Source: an uncultured Gammaproteobacteria bacterium
GTDB taxonomy: Bacteria; Patescibacteriota; Patescibacteriia; UBA9934
Direction: 5' to 3'
DNA: 64,000 nucleotides
Assembly: GCA_964552565.1 (NCBI GenBank)
Contig: CAZKGL010000001.1
Coordinates: 371,061 to 435,060, forward strand
Shown: piece by piece, positions 52,151 through 60,932 of the stretch
Position numbering within the stretch: the first letter of the stretch is position 1
How the letters are laid out: each line of letters begins with the position of its first letter
Notes under the pieces: generated by a model
Database searches by the model: none
Told to the model about the DNA's origin: nothing
Seen by the model: the letters and a program-made list of their open reading frames with translations, nothing else
Made by a program: the position numbers and the translations under genes

Positions 52151-55100
52151 CTACTGCAACTCGCCACCCGCCTTGAAGGATCTAATGTCTGCAGCCACGC
52201 GGCGCAGGTGTACGGGCAGTAACCGCATCCGAATCGCGAGAAGTGATACAGCGATCTCGATCGCCTTATTCGCTTGCGGATGCCTACCAATGTACCGAAG
52301 AAGGCTATGCAGTATTCCTCGCTCCCTAATGCCAAGACGCTTGTCCGTATAGATATACATTATCAAATCGCCAAGTATCGTCCCGATCGGCTGGACGGAG
52401 GTCTCCTTCTTCACCAACTCATTCATCAATAGCTCAACATTTTGGTCAAGCAGATTGAAGTTCGCAACTTCGAGATAGCGAACAATCATTGCGGTGTCAA
52501 TCGTTACATACGAATATCCGCACTTCAACAATTCCATTCTCCCGGCGTCATACTCCTCCTCAGACACCAGATTATGTTTACGCGCATTTCGAAGAAGTTC
52601 CTGACTTGTTGCAATGTCGAGACCCCCCAATGTTTTTATTGCATCACGGCCGAGGTACGAATCGTCACACACTACAGGTAGCCCTCTCTGTGAAGCAATT
52701 ACCATAGTCGTGCCCGATGATCCGTACTGCTCCTCAAACTGCTTCCTATCAGGAGAAACTGGACGTGCGTAGCCGACTCGTGTACAGGTCTCAAAGAAAG
52801 CTTGCACCTTTGTCAGAAGCTGCAGACTTTTCTCGTACGCCTCGGCGCTGACATCATTCATCATGACTGAGCCGTCGGCGCTGCCCTGTAGAAAAGATTG
52901 CCCTTTCTTAGAAAGCTTCGTGTACTCCTCGATTAGAGAGGAGAGCTGATCGCAAGTAAACTGATCAACATACACTTGCGTAAATGCCTTCTTTATCAAA
53001 TCCAAACGATCGAGGCGCGCCAATGTCAGAGCGGCACTCATGTCTACGATCACCTCTTTTTCCTTAAAAAGGATATTCTCACTTTCCGCAGCCTCTTGCG
53101 TATTTCCGAGGAAGGCATAAACCGGGAAGTCTTTCGCGGTTATCACATCGGACCACACCTCGAAATACTTCTTGGAGATGAGAGTTGAGATCTGATTCAA
53201 GGATAGGCGCTTGGCCTTATACTCCGCGATGACTTTATCGATCGCCTTGGCCCTTGCTGAGACCACCTCACCGATTTTCTTCATTCCATCTTGATCGGCT
53301 GAAAACTTCATGATCGCCTCTTGTCCCGGGGCGCGATTCTCGAAATTTTCCATTATGTCCTGATAGTACCTGACGTGCTTATCCTGAACAGCACCTTCCT
53401 GATCACTTACATGGTGAAAGACAGAGATGTACGCCAACTGAATCTCAGGGTTAGTGAAGTTTCTATCCAAAGCACTGAAGGCTGTTTCAAGTGCTTCGGC
53501 ATATTCGCCATTCAAGACAAGAAGGTTCGCAACTTGCATGAGTTGCTCCGCTTCGCTCGCCGAGTGCAACGCCTTCTTGATGTAAGGTGAATAATCTGCG
53601 ATAGACCCCGAAAGTCTAAATCTGCACTCAAGGAAGCCTATAACATCACCGAAAACGAAGTGATCCTCATCTATTAACTTTTTGTATTTCTCTGCTGCGG
53701 TCTCAAGGTCTCCAAGTACATGGGTGAAGTTCGCCGAAACCCGGAGAAGAGTGTCGGATTGAAGCGCCTTTTCGCTAGCCAAAACCATCAGAGCTTGCAA
53801 CTGTTCATACTTCTTTGCGTTGAATAGAGCAATTGCATATCTTTCAAAATTTTCTGCCGACGGATCTCCCTCGATAGCCAAGGCTAAAATTTCTGCGGCC
53901 TTCTCAAAATCTCCTATCTTCAAGAGAAAGGTTGAGTAATCATCGAGAATTATTTGATGAATTGGATTTGCCTCTACGGCCGCGTCCATCGCACGCTCGA
54001 AGTATTCTCCTGAAAGTTCGAGCTGATTTTGGTGCGCATGAAATATGGCAACCGATCTAAACGCCAAAGGATTGTCCGGGCATTCGGCGAGCAACTCATC
54101 TCTAACCTTTAGAGCCTTATCGGTCTCTTGGAGATCCAAATGGCCTAACATCAACAATCGCATCGTTTCAATATAAACCTCATCTCGATCGTCGCTCCTA
54201 TTCCCAGACAACAGTTCGACTGTCTTGCCCGGCTTCTTGCTGAAGAGGTACGCGGCCGCCAAATCCCTCCTCAAGTGATCTGGTAACGTGGTAATTTTTG
54301 AATACGCCTCTAACGCTTCGATCACGTATTCGTAACGATGGGAGATAAGACCCGCTCTCGACTTATTCACCAACGCCTCTATATTTTCGGCATCAAGTGA
54401 AAAGGCCCGATTAGCATATTCGATGCAGTCGTCATATTGTTTAAGAACCAAGTTGGCGGCCGATAGGTTGGTATAGAGGGGTGCCTCAAACTGTTTTGGC
54501 GCTTGCCCCTCAAACAACTTTACAGCCTCGGTCAAAGCCTTTTTCGCTTCTTCAAAATCCTTACAGATTGCATCCGGGATAATCGCGCCTTGTAATCTTC
54601 CTTCAAGATCCCTCGAGTGAAGCAGTAAAATTTCTTGAGCGAAAAACAATTTATACCAAACCTCCTTATCATCGCTTTCCTTGAGTTTTTTATATGCATC
54701 AGCTGCGCCCTTGTGGTCACGCAACTTACTCGCCTTCAGCGCGAAAATAAAGTCTTTGGTTGCTTGATTTTCAATGTCAGCAATGTCCCGATCAACTGCA
54801 TCGATGTCATTCAAGTCAAGATGGCAACGCGCGCGAATAGACAAGGCATGATCTCTATCCTGTAGATCTCTCGCTAGTACCATGTTAATCATTCCGAGAG
54901 CAGTTCCCGGATCCTTGGCGGCCAAGAATGCCTGTGCGTGGTTTGCGCCCGCCTTCTCATTTTCCGAATCAAGTGCGATTGCTTTTTCAAATAACAATTT
55001 AGCTTTATCCGTTTCGCCAAGCCGCAATTCGCATAGTCCAAGATTGTTATGAATCTTGGACATAGTCTTCTTGCCGACTCCACCGGCAGTCGGAAGATCC

Positions 55101-55771
55101 GCAAGAATATCGTACCCATCGCGGCGGGCGCCCGTGTAATCTCCCTCATCTATTTTCTTGACCATCCGCTTGTTTCTTGCATCGAATAGACCCGAAAGTT
55201 CCCCACTCTCTATTACAGAAGATTGCAAAGAGGCGACAGCTGCCTGAAGCGCCGCAAGCTGTTGCTGTGTTGTTTCAAAGATATCCGGATGACGTTCCTT
55301 TACTGTCGGATGCTGATCTGCCAGTTGCCTCAAATGCTCAGCGGAGTACACGAGGTATTTGCAGTTGTTCTCTCGTGTCAGCTCTGCAAGAACATCGTGC
55401 TGCTCCTTACGCAGTGCGGCAGGGGTAACAAACACCCAAGTATCAAACGGGTACATCCCACGTTGTTCGATCGCCTTACTGAAATCAGAACGAATTTTCT
55501 TGTTGTAAGCATCGTTCGACGACCGGGTACTCAAAAGCGGAGTATAAATTGCGAAAAAAATCTTGGCTGATGTTGTGTACCCATCCATCCCATCATCGCC
55601 ACCCCTGTCGTCAATAACAAGAAAATCTTGATGCTCCGCGAGCAAGAGATCTTTGACTAACGCTTCAAATACTTTGTTGTTGTCAATGTGCTCGATTTTC
55701 TTCGTGTACTTATATGCGTCACTATCCGGCATATTCTTATCGTAAGGAAGAACCCTGCCGACATGAAACAC
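52151..55771 (-). CDS. 1206-aa TPR-repeat array protein with an N-terminal Mrr/restriction-endonuclease-like domain
   Basis: More than 900 aa of TPR-like helical repeats. The N-terminus FEALVKDLLLAEHQDFLVIDDRGGDDGMDGY resembles the Mrr_cat signature. Low GC. Confidence 0.75.
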   Translation of the reverse strand: MFHVGRVLPYDKNMPDSDAYKYTKKIEHIDNNKVFEALVKDLLLAEHQDFLVIDDRGGDDGMDGYTTSAKIFFAIYTPLLSTRSSNDAYNKKIRSDFSKAIEQRGMYPFDTWVFVTPAALRKEQHDVLAELTRENNCKYLVYSAEHLRQLADQHPTVKERHPDIFETTQQQLAALQAAVASLQSSVIESGELSGLFDARNKRMVKKIDEGDYTGARRDGYDILADLPTAGGVGKKTMSKIHNNLGLCELRLGETDKAKLLFEKAIALDSENEKAGANHAQAFLAAKDPGTALGMINMVLARDLQDRDHALSIRARCHLDLNDIDAVDRDIADIENQATKDFIFALKASKLRDHKGAADAYKKLKESDDKEVWYKLFFAQEILLLHSRDLEGRLQGAIIPDAICKDFEEAKKALTEAVKLFEGQAPKQFEAPLYTNLSAANLVLKQYDDCIEYANRAFSLDAENIEALVNKSRAGLISHRYEYVIEALEAYSKITTLPDHLRRDLAAAYLFSKKPGKTVELLSGNRSDDRDEVYIETMRLLMLGHLDLQETDKALKVRDELLAECPDNPLAFRSVAIFHAHQNQLELSGEYFERAMDAAVEANPIHQIILDDYSTFLLKIGDFEKAAEILALAIEGDPSAENFERYAIALFNAKKYEQLQALMVLASEKALQSDTLLRVSANFTHVLGDLETAAEKYKKLIDEDHFVFGDVIGFLECRFRLSGSIADYSPYIKKALHSASEAEQLMQVANLLVLNGEYAEALETAFSALDRNFTNPEIQLAYISVFHHVSDQEGAVQDKHVRYYQDIMENFENRAPGQEAIMKFSADQDGMKKIGEVVSARAKAIDKVIAEYKAKRLSLNQISTLISKKYFEVWSDVITAKDFPVYAFLGNTQEAAESENILFKEKEVIVDMSAALTLARLDRLDLIKKAFTQVYVDQFTCDQLSSLIEEYTKLSKKGQSFLQGSADGSVMMNDVSAEAYEKSLQLLTKVQAFFETCTRVGYARPVSPDRKQFEEQYGSSGTTMVIASQRGLPVVCDDSYLGRDAIKTLGGLDIATSQELLRNARKHNLVSEEEYDAGRMELLKCGYSYVTIDTAMIVRYLEVANFNLLDQNVELLMNELVKKETSVQPIGTILGDLIMYIYTDKRLGIRERGILHSLLRYIGRHPQANKAIEIAVSLLAIRMRLLPVHLRRVAADIRSFKAGGELQ

Positions 55772-55802
55772 CTTTTATGCCTAACTCCGCAACCAAGAGC
55801 TG

Positions 55803-56177
55803 TTACTGCTTGACGATTGCAATCCCCGTCGCCCTATCCCAATAGAATCCAAAGACAAGCATTGCTAAGAACCCGATACCTGTAACAGCAGACAATGCGA
55901 TGATTTCGCGTAGGACGAGACGAAGTAGTGTCGGTCTCGCAAGCGTCTTGCGATCTACTGTGCGCAATTTAAAGAGCCTCTGACCGGGCGTTGCGCCTGA
56001 GTAAGCTGCGAGAGCTAAGCCTGCTAACAAAGCGACCAGAAAAGGCCACATCGCTCGGGACAACGCTTCGTGAAGCAGCGCATCAAAAAGGGCGACCGCC
56101 GTGCCGATGACAAAAAAGTCAATCATGAGAGCCGTGCCGCGCTTAAAATGACCATATTCAAAAATTACTTCGGACAT
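55803..56177 (-). CDS. RDD-family membrane protein
   Basis: 124 aa with 3 TM helices and an RDD-like pattern. Confidence 0.55.
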   Translation of the reverse strand: MSEVIFEYGHFKRGTALMIDFFVIGTAVALFDALLHEALSRAMWPFLVALLAGLALAAYSGATPGQRLFKLRTVDRKTLARPTLLRLVLREIIALSAVTGIGFLAMLVFGFYWDRATGIAIVKQ

Positions 56178-56178
56178 A

Positions 56179-56391
56179 CTATTTTGCCCAGCTTCCGTAA
56201 TGCTCGCAGGCTTCGGCGGCCGTTAGCTTGTTCTCAAGAGCATAGCGGTACTGCGTTTCGCCCATGCAGGCTAGAAAATCACCGCGTGCTTGATTGGGCA
56301 TCACTATAAGACGCCAAACGGCCGTCCCGGTGAGTAATACAATGCACGCGATAGCAACCTTGGTTGCTGTTTGCCTTGATATTTCCTGCAC
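56179..56391 (-). CDS. Small membrane-anchored hypothetical protein
   Basis: 70 aa with an N-terminal TM segment and a Cys pair. Confidence 0.35.
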   Translation of the reverse strand: MQEISRQTATKVAIACIVLLTGTAVWRLIVMPNQARGDFLACMGETQYRYALENKLTAAEACEHYGSWAK

Positions 56392-56955
56392 AAAGCTCGT
56401 TATTTAGAAATAAACAAAAGGACACCCCTGAGGTGTCTAGACCCAAACAGCAGGGCTACTGCCGCTTGTTTTATCAGGGATGCCCGTTACGGCGCACCAA
56501 TAGCCCTAATAAAACTGCCGACAGTTTCCTGTTGGTCAGCGCTGTTGTTTGGATCTAGACAAGATAAGTGTGCCTTAGCAGAGAAAAAGCTGCAAGAAAC
56601 ATACAGATGTGGAAAAGATGCCTTGCCTGATAGGCGTAAGGCGAGCAGAATAGAACCACAACGACTCGGGCCTTGCCCGGGTCAACAGACTGCAAAAGTC
56701 AGCCTTACCCTGAAATCACTTTAGGACGGCCGGACATAGCAGATTGGGAATTTTTCCCGTCTTCTATTTGTCCGGTCGTCCTTTTTGTATGAGTCAGCGC
56801 CTGCTCAAAAAGTTCATCGAGATCTACCACCGCCAATACGGGGTCGAACTCACAGAAGCAGATGCTCGCTCAAAGGCTGCTGATTTTCTCAGTCTCTACC
56901 GCGCAATTGGCGCACCTCAAAACTGAGGGTTTATCCAAGAAACCTGAGAATAAGT

Positions 56956-57204
56956 ATGAAAATTGCACCGAGCTTTTATACATCAAACTTTTACCTCGCA
57001 GCATTCATGCTTGCGAGTGGTTTTACGCTTCAGGGCTACGAACGATCGGATGACGGGAAGGTCACCTTCGTTATCGAAGACGGCGAGAACCGAGAGGAGG
57101 CCGTCGACAGTTTCCACTGCGGAAACCCGCAAGTCGATGCAAGACGTTTTATTGCGGCGATTAGGCAGCTCAAGAGCGGCATTTACGACGGTGCTGCTAC
57201 GTAG
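56956..57204 (+). CDS. DUF5659-like small protein of mobile elements
   Basis: The YTSNFYLAAFMLASGF motif is recalled from memory as typical of this family, which often sits near integrases. Confidence 0.4.
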   Translation: MKIAPSFYTSNFYLAAFMLASGFTLQGYERSDDGKVTFVIEDGENREEAVDSFHCGNPQVDARRFIAAIRQLKSGIYDGAAT

Positions 57205-57224
57205 CTGCGAATTGAAGAGAGCAT

Positions 57225-57815
57225 ATGGATTCGGGTCAATTCATCAAAGTGCCTGTTTACATCGAAGCCGACAAGCGCCTGTCTCCCACGGACAAGGCTG
57301 TCTATATGGCACTTCGAAAACATAGGAACGAACGTTCCGGCGAAGAAGTGTTTCCTTCCCGGGAGCTAATCGGTAAAAGCGTTGGACGCGGTGTGACAAC
57401 GGTGTGGCGTTCACTCAAAAACCTAGCGAACTGTGGGCATATCGTTTGGAAAAGCGGAGCGCAAGGCAGGTCCAATCGCTACCAGTTCACCCATGAAACG
57501 GTAAGCAGTTCACCGGTGCAATCTAGTCATGTCGCCAATGAACCACTCAGCAGTTCATCCGCGAACCACGAATCAGAATCAGGAACCCAAAAACAAGAAT
57601 CAGATAACTCATCACTTTTCTTTCGAGGGGAACTCTGCCTGATCAATGAAGACGGAACCTCCGTTCAGGTTATCGGCAACGACGGCTTCCTCACGCCCTA
57701 CGACGGGAGAAGCGACTCAGACTTTCGATATCGAAACCTTACAGGACCCAAAGCCCTTCGTGTCGCCCTCCACGACTACCAGATGCAAGCATTTGGTTTC
57801 GCAAGAAATAGCTAA
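57225..57815 (+). CDS. Winged-helix/HTH protein (phage replication- or regulator-like)
   Basis: LSPTDKAVYMALRKH...FPSRELIGKSVGRGVTTVWRSLKNL fits the HTH_36 pattern. Confidence 0.5.
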   Translation: MDSGQFIKVPVYIEADKRLSPTDKAVYMALRKHRNERSGEEVFPSRELIGKSVGRGVTTVWRSLKNLANCGHIVWKSGAQGRSNRYQFTHETVSSSPVQSSHVANEPLSSSSANHESESGTQKQESDNSSLFFRGELCLINEDGTSVQVIGNDGFLTPYDGRSDSDFRYRNLTGPKALRVALHDYQMQAFGFARNS

Positions 57816-57895
57816 GACTAGCACCTTATTCAGTTATTCAAGTGATGGCGCGAGACCCGCTGTTGGGATAAAATCGAAGAAACTAGAATAAGCAT

Positions 57896-59515
57896 ATGCA
57901 ATCAGCCGTTGTCATTTACGCCCGCAAGTCGAGCGAACAAGAGGATCGTCAGATCTTGAGTATCGATTCTCAGATCGCCGAGCTTAAGCAACTTGCCCTG
58001 AAGTTTGAGGTAACCCCGAAGTACGTTATTAGCGAATCCTTCAGCGCAAAGGCTCCCGGTCGAGAAAAGTTCAACGAGATGGTTGCTCTTATTGAGGCTG
58101 GAAAAGTAGACACGATTTTTGCTTGGCATCCCGATCGTCTGTCTCGCAATGCAGTAGACGCTGCGTGGCTTATTCACCTTCTTGATACTGGTAAGCTCAA
58201 AGCAATCATCACGCCGAGCCAATCTTTCAAAAATACTCCGAACGATAAGTTTCTTTTCAACCTCCTCACCAGTCAGGCGAAGCTTGAAAACGACAACAAG
58301 AGTATCAACGTAAAACGAGGGTTGAAGACTAAAGTCGAGATGGGCTGCTACCCCGGTGTTGCTCCGCTTGGCTATCTGAACAACAAGTACAAGGAGAAGG
58401 GTAAGAAGGACGTTTATCTCGATGCTGAACGTGGCCCGATCCTCCGCAAGATCTTCGACCTAATTCTTGAAGGCATGCCTCCCATGCGAGCCTTGGAAAT
58501 CGCAAATGAAAAGCTTGACTTCCGCACCCCTCACGGAAATAAGCTCGCACGTACGACACTCTACCGTGTTCTCACGATGCCCTTTTATTACGGTGAGTTC
58601 GAATACCCGAAAGGTAGTGGCAAATGGTACAAGGGCAACCACGAACCCCTGATCACAGTTGAGGAATACGACCGAGTTCAAACTTTTCTTGGACGAGACG
58701 GTAGACCACGGGCGCGCCAGAGCCTCTATAACTTCCCCTACAAGGCGATGATGCGCTGCGGGGAGTGTGGCGCCGCTATTACCATTGAGCGCAAGGTAAA
58801 GCGTCAGAAGAATGGTAATGTCCACGAGTACGTCTATTATCACTGTACGAAGCGCATTAAAAGGGACTGCACGCAGAAATGCGTCGAGGCAAAAGAGATT
58901 GATGACCAGATCGCCGAGACCTTGGCTTCCGTGAAGATCCCTCAGGAGTTCCATGAATGGGCCATTGAGGCGTTACGCGAGGAAAATGAAGCCGAGACCT
59001 CGTCACGCGCGCAGACTATGAAACGCCAACGCTCCTCATATGACGAGACGGTTCGGATGATGGATGAGCTGCTCGATATGCGCCTCAAGAAACAGATCTC
59101 CGATGAGCAGTTCGCTGACAAGAAGGCATCCTTGGAACACGATAAAACGCGCTATAAGGAGCTTCTCAACGATACCGACCGTAGGATCGACTGGTGGATG
59201 AATGTCGCGGGGGAGGCCATGCAATTCCTTTGTGAAGCCCAACAGAAATTTATCGAAGGCGACGCAGACCGAAAGACCCGCATTCTGAACGCCCTTGGTT
59301 CGAACTTCACCCTTCTCGACGGAAAACTAGTCGTTTCTGTGAAGGAAACGCTTCTTTCGGTTACCGAGCAATATCACCAGATGAAACAGGCTGGAAAAAT
59401 GTTCGAACCTCTGAAATTTGGCTCTACAAAACAAAGAACCGACACCATTTCTGATGTCAGTTCCATGTGGCTCCGGGGGTGGGGTTCGAACCCACGACCA
59501 TCTCGTTACACTTGA
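57896..59515 (+). CDS. Large serine recombinase (integrase)
   Basis: Resolvase catalytic region YARKSSEQEDRQ...SIDSQ, a recombinase domain, a zinc ribbon CGECG...HCTKRIKRDC and a coiled coil. 539 aa. Confidence 0.9.
   Translation: MQSAVVIYARKSSEQEDRQILSIDSQIAELKQLALKFEVTPKYVISESFSAKAPGREKFNEMVALIEAGKVDTIFAWHPDRLSRNAVDAAWLIHLLDTGKLKAIITPSQSFKNTPNDKFLFNLLTSQAKLENDNKSINVKRGLKTKVEMGCYPGVAPLGYLNNKYKEKGKKDVYLDAERGPILRKIFDLILEGMPPMRALEIANEKLDFRTPHGNKLARTTLYRVLTMPFYYGEFEYPKGSGKWYKGNHEPLITVEEYDRVQTFLGRDGRPRARQSLYNFPYKAMMRCGECGAAITIERKVKRQKNGNVHEYVYYHCTKRIKRDCTQKCVEAKEIDDQIAETLASVKIPQEFHEWAIEALREENEAETSSRAQTMKRQRSSYDETVRMMDELLDMRLKKQISDEQFADKKASLEHDKTRYKELLNDTDRRIDWWMNVAGEAMQFLCEAQQKFIEGDADRKTRILNALGSNFTLLDGKLVVSVKETLLSVTEQYHQMKQAGKMFEPLKFGSTKQRTDTISDVSSMWLRGWGSNPRPSRYT
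59468..59510 (-). tRNA. tRNA 3' exon-like half (anticodon-stem 3' strand, variable loop, T-arm GTGGGTTCGAACCCCAC, acceptor CCCCGGA-G-CCA)
   Basis: The reverse complement reads tgtaacgagatggtcgtgggttcgaaccccacccccggagcca. It pairs with the 5' half at 60056-60087. Confidence 0.5.
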
Positions 59516-59703
59516 TCCATCGGTTTCCCGACAGCGTGGACTATATCTTCATCCGTCTCTTGTGAGCGAGGATGCAGGGCGCTTCCGGCTCTGAAGCCGT
59601 ACTCCCGTGAGGGATAGTCTCTGAACCTTCATCGCTTTTTCAAGCGACGCTTGGCTGCTGATTACCCTGCGTAAGCGAGGGCTTCCAGCAATTCACCCTG
59701 TGG

Positions 59704-59943
59704 TCATTCCGACGTCTCCGTCGGAAGCTGCGTTATGCCCGCATGCAATTCACGATGACAATTTGCGCAGATGAGAATGCATTCCGCAATCTCCTTCTCG
59801 ATCGCTGCCCACGATCTCGTATATCCACGCGCCGAGATGCCGAAAGATTTCTTCTTCGGATCTCGATGGTGGATATCGAGGGCTTACGGGCACCGATCAT
59901 ATCCGCAAATCTGACATCGTCCACCAAGCTTCGCGACTGCCAT
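59704..59943 (-). pseudogene. HNH endonuclease ORF with an in-frame TAA (between CQICGYDRCP and ALDIHHRDP...CANCHRELH)
   Basis: The hand-translated single frame contains complete HNH motifs. It is interrupted by TAA at 59884-59886. Confidence 0.6.
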
Positions 59944-60055
59944 TTCGCGGACCTTTCGTCGGCGATTGGCAACTGCTCGCTTGATGGCTTCTGCACGCTG
60001 GGCGTAGGTTCGCCGTTCTTTCATACCGCTAGTGTATCGAAGAAGGCGTGTCCAC

Positions 60056-60087
60056 AGCGAGCCGCTCTGCCACTGAGCTACCCCGGA
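60056..60087 (-). tRNA. tRNA 5' exon-like half (acceptor TCCGGGG, D-arm GCTCAGTGGCAGAGC, anticodon-stem 5' strand)
   Basis: Reverse complement tccggggtagctcagtggcagagcggctcgct. The acceptor is complementary to the 3' half lying 545 nt away. Confidence 0.5.
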
Positions 60088-60117
60088 AGGGTTGGCTTTG
60101 CCTCTTAAGGCTGCGAA

Positions 60118-60146
60118 AGATTACCACGGCATTCGAGGGATTTCAA
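60118..60146 (-). promoter_or_regulatory. Sigma70-like promoter TTGAAA-17-TAATCT, ~30 nt upstream of the tRNA 5' end
   Basis: Read on the minus strand as ttgaaatccctcgaatgccgtggtaatct. Confidence 0.45.
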
Positions 60147-60228
60147 GCCCAGGACGTTATCCACATCAGGCATCCCCCCGTCCGCTGGGGATGCTACAAT
60201 TTCGCCAACTAATCCATGTCAGAAAAAT

Positions 60229-60889
60229 TATGGACACTCCGAAATTCCGGATCGGGCAGGCGCTCAGCGTCGGCTGGGAAACGTTCAAGGGGCACGCGGG
60301 CTACTTTGTCGGCGTCTTTATCCTTGGCTCGATCGCCTACATGATCCCGAGCTTTATTTCGAGCGCGACCGCTGAGGACTACCCGACCCTCTCGTTCCTC
60401 TTCAACCTCATCGGCATCATCGTCAGCTACGTCGTCAGCGCCGGCTGGATCTTCATCTCGCTTTCCGCGCTCGACAAGAAGCCGCTCACCGTCGACATGC
60501 TCTGGAGCAAGTGGCAGTACGTGGCGAAGTTCGTTGGCGCCGGCATCCTGTCGACCCTCGCCATCATGATCGGCCTCGTGCTGCTCATCATCCCGGGCAT
60601 CATCGTCGCCTGCCGCCTTGCGCTTGTCGGCTTCTACCTGATCGACAAGAACCAGGGCATTATCGAGGCCATGAAGAGCAGCTGGGAGGCGACTCGCGGC
60701 AGCGCCTGGAACCTCTTCCTGTACTTTGTCGTGCTCGGGCTTATCGGTATCGCCGCGACGATCCCGCTTGGCCTCGGCTGGCTTATCGCCGCACCGTTCA
60801 TGGCGATCTCAGTCGCCTACGTGTACCGCCAGGTCGCCGGCATCCATCACGCCGCCCCGGCCGCAGCAGCGCAGCCGGCACAGATGTAA
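60229..60889 (+). CDS. Polytopic membrane protein (DUF975-like)
   Basis: 220 aa with 5-6 TM helices and an Ala/Pro-rich tail. High GC. Confidence 0.55.
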
Positions 60890-60932
60890 CCAACAAAACC
60901 CTAGGGGCACGGCGCGCCGTGCCCCTACATTG

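Larger units (their letters stand above)
42600..59515. mobile_element. Low-GC integrative island (~17 kb). Excisionase-like HTH on the left; large serine recombinase on the right, abutting a tRNA exon
   Basis: By eye, GC drops from ~65% to ~45-50%. Contains recombinase, HTH and DUF5659-like genes. Cargo is redox/thiol genes plus a TPR giant. The left edge may lie anywhere from 41.4 to 42.6 kb. Confidence 0.6.

Noticed and set aside
52151-55771. Walker A (GGVGKKT) or STAND NTPase domain in the TPR giant
   Set aside because: The spacing is GxxGKKT rather than GxxxxGK[ST], and the flanking sequence is already TPR helix. No Walker B or sensor motifs were found.
59468-59510. tRNA 3' fragment as an attL/attR duplication from tyrosine-integrase-type integration
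   Set aside because: The island's only recombinase is a serine integrase, which leaves a 2-bp crossover rather than a duplicated tRNA end. The matching 5' half is only 545 bp away with its own promoter, so a split or intron-containing gene is the better fit.
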